Of a stretch of 24,485 nucleotides of DNA, positions 18,161-24,485 are shown piece by piece. Source of the stretch: an uncultured archaeon (GTDB lineage Archaea; Asgardarchaeota; Lokiarchaeia; Sigyniarchaeales; SOKP01); the NCBI GenBank assembly GCA_964493715.1, contig CAZBPC010000048.1, positions 1 through 24,485 on the forward strand. The letters run 5' to 3'. The notes beneath the pieces are model-generated. The model ran no database searches, had not been told where the DNA came from, and saw nothing but the letters and a program-made list of their open reading frames with translations. The position numbers and the translations under genes were made by a program. Each line of letters opens with the position of its first letter. Within the stretch, counting starts at the first letter, position 1.

Positions 18161-19219
18161 ATGAGTGATGACGAAAAAAAAATTGGTTATTTTGAAAAAC
18201 TGTTGCCACTTTGGGTGGCAATATGTATAGTAATTGGGATTGCGTTATCTCAATTGGTACCTCAGATAAGTTTGGCAATAGATTCACTTAAAATTGGACA
18301 AATCTCTATTCCAATAGGGATTTGCCTATTTCTAATGATGTACCCTGCAATGTTAAATCTGAAAGGATCTGAATTAAAAAAATTGGGTAAAAATCCTAAA
18401 CCAATTATTCTGACTCTAATTTCAAATTGGTTAGTTGCTCCATTTGTGGGTTTAGCCATGGTAAAACTTTTTTTACAGGGAAATGAACAATTGTCAGTAG
18501 CAGTCATATTATTATCAAGCTCACCATGCACTGCTATGGTACTTGTATGGGGTTGGATGGCCAAAGGGAATCAAGAACAAAATGTATTAAATACGAGTTT
18601 AAATACCGTAACAATTATTTTCTTATATGTAGGCATGGTTTCATTGCTTACAGGATTGCAGAATATACCAATTGATGTGATGCTGTTAATAATATCACTG
18701 ATCATTTTTATTGGGATTCCCTTATTGTTAGGAATCATTACAAAGAAAGTCATTGTATTATCTAAAGGAGATGAATGGTTTAACAATACTTATCGTCCCT
18801 TTGTTGGGAAAATTTCGATTGGTGCATTATTAGTTACACTAATCGTGCTTTTTTCATTAAATGGAAATGTTTTGATTCATAACCCCGATTTGTTATTATT
18901 GGTTTCAATTCCCTTACTCCTAGGATTTGTCATTGTTGTAGGATATAATGTATTCATTACTAAAATCTTTAAAATGAGATATAAGGAAGCTATAATCACG
19001 GTAATTATCGGATCTTCTAGTCATTTTGAGATTGCAATTGCAACCGCTATCGCGATGTATGGAATAGGCTCCATAGCGGCTTTAGGTACAACAATGGGGC
19101 TGTTTTGGGAAGTGCCTGTAATGCTTTCGATTGTTTATTTAGGGAGGTATTTAGAAAAGCGCGGATTTTGGAAATCAGAAGAAAAGAATTCAAATTTATT
19201 GAATTTTGAGGTACAGTAA
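18161..19219 (+). CDS. acr3: Acr3 arsenite efflux transporter
   Basis: PIGICLFLMMYP, NWLVAP, SPCTAMVLVW, SSHFEIAIATA, WEVPVML; about 10 TM helices. ATG 18161 (alternative TTG 18155). Confidence 0.93.
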   Translation: MSDDEKKIGYFEKLLPLWVAICIVIGIALSQLVPQISLAIDSLKIGQISIPIGICLFLMMYPAMLNLKGSELKKLGKNPKPIILTLISNWLVAPFVGLAMVKLFLQGNEQLSVAVILLSSSPCTAMVLVWGWMAKGNQEQNVLNTSLNTVTIIFLYVGMVSLLTGLQNIPIDVMLLIISLIIFIGIPLLLGIITKKVIVLSKGDEWFNNTYRPFVGKISIGALLVTLIVLFSLNGNVLIHNPDLLLLVSIPLLLGFVIVVGYNVFITKIFKMRYKEAIITVIIGSSSHFEIAIATAIAMYGIGSIAALGTTMGLFWEVPVMLSIVYLGRYLEKRGFWKSEEKNSNLLNFEVQ

Positions 19220-19220
19220 A

Positions 19221-20879
19221 GTGGCAGTCACATATATGCGAAAATTGGAAGAAGAACCTGAAACATATGATTCGAATTTCACCACATTAACCAATGGGAT
19301 AAATCTTGAAGTTCATAATTGGGTACTAAATCACCTCAAAGAAAGTAAAACGATTTTAGAAGTAGGATGCGGAACTGGTATTCTCGCTTCGAAAATGGTC
19401 AAAAATGGTAGAAGTGTGGTTGCTATTGATAAAAATTTTCAGATGATTAATCAAGCAATGATGAATTACCCTTCTAATATCGATGGAACGCTTCTCTATC
19501 AAATAGGATCATTTAAAGATTTACCCGTTCCACCAAATTCTCAAGATGTTATTGTTAGTACTTTCATGTTATCTGAACTTCGACCATTTGAACAGCAAAT
19601 TTTCTTACGTAATTCTTGGTCGGTACTAAAACCAGAAGGTAGATTATTGATAGGTGCTGAGTTCGTTCCATCTGGTTTATGGAAATTAGGTTTTAAATTG
19701 AAAAGATGGAGATTTAAAAAAAAATTAAGAAGACTTCGTTTAGATAATACTTATCTCGTTAAATGGTTCATGAAATATCTAACACCAATTGGATTCAAGA
19801 TAATTGAGAGTAAAAAATGGAAACATGGATCCATTCAAGCATTGGAATTAATAAAAACCAATGAAGATAATCTCGATGAGCCAGGGTATTACATTCCATC
19901 CTCAAAAAAATTTAGTGGGATTGGATCTCAATTCAGAATTTTTAGATGTACTCTAACTGGTCAAGCCGATAGAGTTCCTATTGAGCCGGGGATTTATCGA
20001 TCGGGAAACCCAACGAAAAATTCTCCAATTATAGTCACTTCAAATTATGATTTTACATACATCAAGGTGATGAGAAATTTGCGCCATATCGATGCCTGGG
20101 TTCTATGTGTGGATAGTAATGGCATTAATGTGTGGTGTGCGGCGAGGGGTAATGATTTTGGCAATGAACAAATCCTAGAAGCGGTGGAAGCGACAGGAAT
20201 CCAAAATTTTACAGAACAAAAAACTTTAATTCTCCCTCAACTATCCGCAGGTGGAGTTTCAATACCACAATTACCAAAAAAATCTGAAAAATTTCCTTTT
20301 AAAATTAAATTTGGACCAGTATGGTCTAAACACCTACCACAATACCTTAAAGAAAAACCTAATAAAAAACCAGATTACATGAAATTAGCTAAATTCAGTT
20401 TATCTCATAGAATGAGAGCATGGGTCACGCATACAACATTTTTATTAAGAAAGATATTTTTACTGCCAATCATTGGGTTCTTCATTATTTTTTTATTAAG
20501 CCTACCATGGATAAACAAGCTTACTTGGGTTGCGGAATTAATATCATGGATCATTATATCTAATGCTTTAATAGCAATCTTATTTCCTCTCTCAAGTTTC
20601 ACGAGGAGTTTCATAAAGAAAGGAATGATTTTTGGGTTTCTCACATCATTAGTTCTTGGAGGAATATCATGGTTATTGCATGGCTCGCTCATATTCATTT
20701 TATTGAATGTGATTTTATTCTTTTGGATCGCATTTTTTTCTACGATGTCGTTTAGCGGATATACCATGGCAACCAGTCCAAGAGAAATTCAGGAAGAATA
20801 TTCAAGTTTTAAGAAAATAAATAAATTTTTACTAATTATAGGTATCATTTTATCAATAATTGGAATTATAATCTATTAA
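19221..20879 (+). CDS. Class I SAM methyltransferase fused to an HgcA-like corrinoid domain and C-terminal TM helices
   Basis: N-terminal ILEVGCGTG, VVAIDKN, DVIVSTF, LKPEGRL. Middle IEPGIYRSGNP..SPIIVTSNY, DSNGINVWCAARG, LILPQLSAGGV, FGPV. C-terminal 4-5 TM helices with FSGYT. Likely GTG start at 19221 after GAGGT; the ORF track gives TTG 19206. Confidence 0.88.
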   Translation: MAVTYMRKLEEEPETYDSNFTTLTNGINLEVHNWVLNHLKESKTILEVGCGTGILASKMVKNGRSVVAIDKNFQMINQAMMNYPSNIDGTLLYQIGSFKDLPVPPNSQDVIVSTFMLSELRPFEQQIFLRNSWSVLKPEGRLLIGAEFVPSGLWKLGFKLKRWRFKKKLRRLRLDNTYLVKWFMKYLTPIGFKIIESKKWKHGSIQALELIKTNEDNLDEPGYYIPSSKKFSGIGSQFRIFRCTLTGQADRVPIEPGIYRSGNPTKNSPIIVTSNYDFTYIKVMRNLRHIDAWVLCVDSNGINVWCAARGNDFGNEQILEAVEATGIQNFTEQKTLILPQLSAGGVSIPQLPKKSEKFPFKIKFGPVWSKHLPQYLKEKPNKKPDYMKLAKFSLSHRMRAWVTHTTFLLRKIFLLPIIGFFIIFLLSLPWINKLTWVAELISWIIISNALIAILFPLSSFTRSFIKKGMIFGFLTSLVLGGISWLLHGSLIFILLNVILFFWIAFFSTMSFSGYTMATSPREIQEEYSSFKKINKFLLIIGIILSIIGIIIY

Positions 20880-20940
20880 AAAAACCATAAAAAAATAAAA
20901 ATAAATAATAAATAAAGATAATAAAATAAAGGTGAAATTA

Positions 20941-21261
20941 ATGACAGAATTAAAAAGTGATTCCTGTTGCAGTCCATCAACAAGCCTAACACAATTACCT
21001 AACATCAGAATACTTATTGATCAAAAATTATGTACTGGTTGTGGACTATGTGGAGAAGTATGCCCATTTGGACTCCCTCAACCCATAGAAAATGGGAAAT
21101 ATATAATTTCAGATGTCAATTTATGTACCGAGTGTAGTGCTTGTAAAAGAAATTGCCCAGTTCAAGCCATATCAATGTATGAACAAAAAGGTTGTGGGTG
21201 TTTATGGGATGCAAGGCAGCGAATTAAGAACAAGGGTTCAACGAACTCTTGCTGTAATTAA
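20941..21261 (+). CDS. HgcB-like 2x[4Fe-4S] ferredoxin
   Basis: CTGCGLCGEVCP and CTECSACKRNCP, then GCGC and a C-terminal SCCN; directly downstream of the HgcA-like gene. ATG 20941 (alternative GTG 20932). Confidence 0.85.
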   Translation: MTELKSDSCCSPSTSLTQLPNIRILIDQKLCTGCGLCGEVCPFGLPQPIENGKYIISDVNLCTECSACKRNCPVQAISMYEQKGCGCLWDARQRIKNKGSTNSCCN

Positions 21262-21290
21262 AATAACAAATAAAAGTGAGGATTTAAAAA

Positions 21291-21707
21291 ATGAATGAAA
21301 AAAGCATAAATGATGAAATAAAGGTAGTTAAGGATTCTTGTGGATGTGGGTGTACATGTTCTGAAGCTGAAGTAGAAGAATCAAAGGATGAGAAAGTTTC
21401 AAAATTAGAAGAATTAGAGAATTCAAATGAGAAATTCAATGATTCAAGTAAGTTATATATCGATATTTACGTACCCTTGGATGCGTGCGCATGTGAATGG
21501 TCTCAATTCATGAACTTAATGTTCTCAGCAATTACACCATATATTAAATATATCAAACATGAAACAAAATCACTAAACACTGAGGAAGCCCGTCGGATGA
21601 ACTTGTTCACAAAATGTGCAATCGTGGACGACAAGAAAAAATATACGACATCTGCTGCCTTAAAAAGGGATCTACCAAGACTTTTAGAAGAAAAGGGTTT
21701 AATGTAA
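21291..21707 (+). CDS. Cys-rich protein with possible thioredoxin/ArsD-like fold
   Basis: N-terminal CGCGCTC, acidic linker, then strand-loop IDIYVPLDACACEW and a beta/alpha pattern. GAGGA upstream. Confidence 0.65.
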   Translation: MNEKSINDEIKVVKDSCGCGCTCSEAEVEESKDEKVSKLEELENSNEKFNDSSKLYIDIYVPLDACACEWSQFMNLMFSAITPYIKYIKHETKSLNTEEARRMNLFTKCAIVDDKKKYTTSAALKRDLPRLLEEKGLM

Positions 21708-21719
21708 ATAAAATCTAAG

Positions 21720-22085
21720 TTGTTGGATATGAAAACGATTAAATTTGATATAAGTATTCCAATACAAGGGCTACAAAAGGGGAAAAAATTTACTGTCATT
21801 GTGGATGATGATGCAACGATAATACAAGCATTAGCCATGGTGGATAAACAAGATCAAGAGAATCCAAATGAATCCATTTTTCCGATATATGATGGATACA
21901 TACATAATTATCTTCAAATGTTCGTGAATTTAGAGGATGGATATATCTATAATGACGTTGGAATCTATGCTTATGGTCCCGATGAAAATGAGATCATGCG
22001 AAAATTTAACCCAATTCGAGAAAACATAGATTTTAATCTATATCCCGATAGTTTAATTCAATTACAACCAGATGTTGGGTGCTGA
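21720..22085 (+). CDS. Hypothetical protein, possible beta-grasp/Ubl-like fold ending in Gly-Cys
   Basis: KFTVIVDDDATIIQAL...NLYPDSLIQLQPDVGC* follows the MoaD/ThiS layout but ends GC, not GG. Start TTG 21720 or ATG 21729. Confidence 0.6.
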   Translation: MLDMKTIKFDISIPIQGLQKGKKFTVIVDDDATIIQALAMVDKQDQENPNESIFPIYDGYIHNYLQMFVNLEDGYIYNDVGIYAYGPDENEIMRKFNPIRENIDFNLYPDSLIQLQPDVGC

Positions 22086-22314
22086 TGAGAAAAAGTGAAA
22101 AATAGGCTCAACATCGGTAAATTGAAGTCCATTATCCTTGAAAAATATGGAAAAAACAGTAAAGAATTTTCTCACTATTTTACTCGGAAATCTAAATAAA
22201 TTTTGGATGAAATCTTTCAGAAAAAGCGAGTGAAAGGTTGACATCTGGATGGTCTCCAGAAATTATTTTTTATATAATATGAAAATTAAAAATTTGGTTT
22301 AATTTTATGCAATC

Positions 22315-23274
22315 ATGGATATTTTTACTCATTTTTTAATAGGAATTTTGATCAGTTTTTTTTCTTTGCATTTCCTTGGTCCCACTATGGTCATATATGC
22401 TGCATTTATGGCGATCTTCGCCGATCTAGATGTGTTTTTTTTCCCCATTATTAATAAATTTCTTAAATCTCCACTTTTTTCTCACAAGGGTATATCACAT
22501 TCAATTTTTTTTGCAATTGTACCATCTTTTATTGTAAGTCTTATTATTTTTCCAATTTTAAATGAAAATTTTTTCTTTTTATGGTTTATTGGATGGATGT
22601 TCTATGATTTGCATCTCGTTCTTGACTTTTTAGGTGCTTCTAAAATACCTATCCTATTTCCGTTTTCAAAAAAAAGATATAGATTTTTTGTAGATCGCGC
22701 GATAAATTTTTTTCTCGCATTAATTTCTTCTAGTTTTTTAGGTTTATATTTATTTTTTTACGTCTTTTTCTCTAATCAAATTATTTTATACTTATCCGTA
22801 TTTATTCTTGCTTTTTATATTTTATATTTAACAATGCGCATATTACTAAAATTATCAATCCAATTTACTCTTTCAGAGGATGATCATTACATACCAGGTA
22901 TCTCACCTTTCAATTTTTATATTTATACTCATCATCTCAGTCCAAAATTTCATTTATTCAAATTAATTAAAAAATACATTTTCTCATCAAAAGAAATCTT
23001 GATTATAGAAAATAATGTTGAAATCAACATAATTCAGGGAGAGTTTTATAAAAAATCACTGCAAACCGCTGAAAAATATCCATTTTTTCTTAAATGGGAT
23101 AATATTATTCCAATGATCGAAGACACCGAAGCTCTTTATATCATAACATTATTTCTTGCAGAAAGCTATTTTAAAGGCAGATCTTACACGATTACAATAG
23201 AATTTGATAAGATTTCTAAAAATGAGATTCAAAATTTTGAAGGTTTTAATAAAAAGTTAAAAAATAATGATTAA
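22315..23274 (+). CDS. Membrane-bound metal-dependent hydrolase (YdjM/DUF457-like)
   Basis: MDIFTH, ADLD, HKGISHS, HLVLD, PILFPFS motifs; multiple TM helices. Confidence 0.85.
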   Translation: MDIFTHFLIGILISFFSLHFLGPTMVIYAAFMAIFADLDVFFFPIINKFLKSPLFSHKGISHSIFFAIVPSFIVSLIIFPILNENFFFLWFIGWMFYDLHLVLDFLGASKIPILFPFSKKRYRFFVDRAINFFLALISSSFLGLYLFFYVFFSNQIILYLSVFILAFYILYLTMRILLKLSIQFTLSEDDHYIPGISPFNFYIYTHHLSPKFHLFKLIKKYIFSSKEILIIENNVEINIIQGEFYKKSLQTAEKYPFFLKWDNIIPMIEDTEALYIITLFLAESYFKGRSYTITIEFDKISKNEIQNFEGFNKKLKNND

Positions 23275-23315
23275 ATAAAAAAAGAATCTATTAATATTTT
23301 AGATTATAATTTAAT

Positions 23316-23540
23316 CTAAGGATTAAATCCCCATATGGGGTATGATACTACTGGAGTTTGAAAAATTCCATTGGCTAAACTATTTGTATAAGGATGATCA
23401 TATGCAGGTATACATACTTTAGTACTAACTGCTCCAGCAAGAAGATTTATCGGGTTAATTTTTTCCAATTGTTTTACGATCTTGTCAGCATTGAAGGATT
23501 GCGTTTGATTGATTGCCTACGTATGTTGATAAATAGCATA
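23316..23540 (-). pseudogene. Probable relic C-terminus of an ABC substrate-binding protein
   Basis: Start-less frame YAIYQHT*AINQTQSFNADKIVKQLEKINP...SLANG...PIWGFNP* with TAG at 23517-23519. It resembles the 'aYdA...Ai..aqS.d...i...Le' segment of LivK-type binding proteins. Confidence 0.5.
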
Positions 23541-23687
23541 TAGCTAAGGATATATTGTTTTAAGTGTCAAATTACCTTCTTTATGTAATATTGATCACCA
23601 TAAATACTAAACCTTTATATAGATGTTTATCATCAATAGAAATAGTATTTATAATACTAAATTTAAATAAAAAAGTGACGAAATAAA

Positions 23688-24485
23688 ATGGAACAATTAA
23701 CAAAAAGAATTCTAGCCATCGTATTAATTGCAGTTGTTGGTGTTGGAGTTGGTATTACTGTATGGATTTTTGTCGCTCCTTATTCTTGGGGCGCTAAAGA
23801 CTGTCCAGGTGCTCCAGCAGGAATAACTGAAGATCAAATCATTAAATTTGGTGTACTTGGGGATATTGGAGAAATTCAGGGCGATGGAGCATGGGAAGGT
23901 GCCTATATGGCTGCGAAAGAGATTAATTTGGCAGGAGGTATTGTGATAGATGGAAATAGGTATTATATTGGTGTTACTAAAGAAGATACCGATGAATCGA
24001 ATCCTAATTATGTTACTGCAAGGGGTGTTGCTGCAGCGGAACGAATTATAAACTATAAAAATGTCCAATTTGCGACGGGAGGATTCAGAACTGAGATGTT
24101 ATCAGCATATCTAGAAAATTTCATGGCCGCAAAAATTCCCTTCATAGGTACTGGAGCAGCAACAGATCAATTTTGTAGGAATGTTCGTGGTTTTCCCGAA
24201 AGCAATTATGATAAGTATAAATATTGGTTCAGATGCATGCCTACAAATTCCACTTCACTAGGAACGGAGATATTAGTTTATTTAGCAGGGCAGATTTTAG
24301 CATTGAATGCTACATATCCTTTAGAAGAAGTACGAACCGTCGGTATTCTCGCTGAGAATTTAGATTGGGCTCCACCATTAGTTGAAGCCGTCCAACAAAA
24401 GTTACCATACGTATTATCCGCTGTTTTTCATAAACCTGGATGGGTAACCAATACATCTATTATTGCTAATACGATTTATTATGAT
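23688..24485 (+). CDS. LivK-type (branched-chain amino acid family) ABC substrate-binding protein, 3' partial
   Basis: ATG 23688, open to the window end and missed by the ORF track. N-terminal TM anchor MEQLTKRILAIVLIAVVGVGVG, then IKFGVLG, GAYMAAKEINLAGGI, GGFRTE, KIPFIGTGAAT, YKYWFR. Confidence 0.9.
   Translation, partial: MEQLTKRILAIVLIAVVGVGVGITVWIFVAPYSWGAKDCPGAPAGITEDQIIKFGVLGDIGEIQGDGAWEGAYMAAKEINLAGGIVIDGNRYYIGVTKEDTDESNPNYVTARGVAAAERIINYKNVQFATGGFRTEMLSAYLENFMAAKIPFIGTGAATDQFCRNVRGFPESNYDKYKYWFRCMPTNSTSLGTEILVYLAGQILALNATYPLEEVRTVGILAENLDWAPPLVEAVQQKLPYVLSAVFHKPGWVTNTSIIANTIYYD

Noticed and set aside
19221-19860. ArsM arsenite methyltransferase
   Set aside because: The MTase domain lacks the conserved As-binding cysteines; its only Cys is in the SAM-binding GCGTG.
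19950-20879. ACDS/CFeSP gamma subunit (CdhE/AcsC)
   Set aside because: No N-terminal Fe-S or TIM-barrel domain and no cdh genes nearby. The WCAA Cys, TM tail and adjacent ferredoxin fit the HgcA-like family.
20880-20931. A-rich AAATAA-like tract between the HgcA-like and HgcB-like genes
   Set aside because: Low-complexity spacer typical of this AT-rich genome, with no regular period or structure.
2635-24068. Short antisense or overlapping ORFs in the track (e.g. 2635, 4006, 4898, 4910, 5892, 6837, 8227, 10060, 10942, 11142, 12814, 13573, 14047, 15442, 18262, 18571, 20405, 21113, 21503, 22062, 23724)
   Set aside because: They are shadows of better-supported genes and have no recognisable motifs. 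23724-24068 is antisense to the real binding-protein gene.

Overview
AT-rich archaeal-type window. Gene content (archaeal ThyA, MptN/RimK-like ligase, SAMP/MoaD-like Ubl, Ras-superfamily small GTPase, TTG/GTG starts) suggests an Asgard archaeon such as Lokiarchaeia; this is an inference. From left to right: a GH130-wHTH fusion, two decayed genes (one is tatD), DUF2061, thyA, a Ubl, two tandem CTP-dependent polyprenol/DAG kinase paralogs, maf, small ORFs, an ATP-grasp ligase, and a coupled unknown-protein/atypical-GTPase pair. Next is a minus-strand operon of a dead AAA+-like protein, an Smc5/6-like SMC, a kleisin and a KITE. An ArsR gene diverges from an operon of acr3, a SAM-methyltransferase/HgcA-like corrinoid membrane-protein fusion, an HgcB-like ferredoxin, a Cys-rich Trx/ArsD-like protein and a Ubl-like protein ending in Gly-Cys. 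A YdjM-type hydrolase and a partial LivK-type binding protein end the window. The top candidate new system is the arsenic-linked methyltransferase-HgcAB-like operon; second is the Smc5/6-like operon with its pseudo-ATPase. All family calls come from motif recognition by eye; no searches were run.
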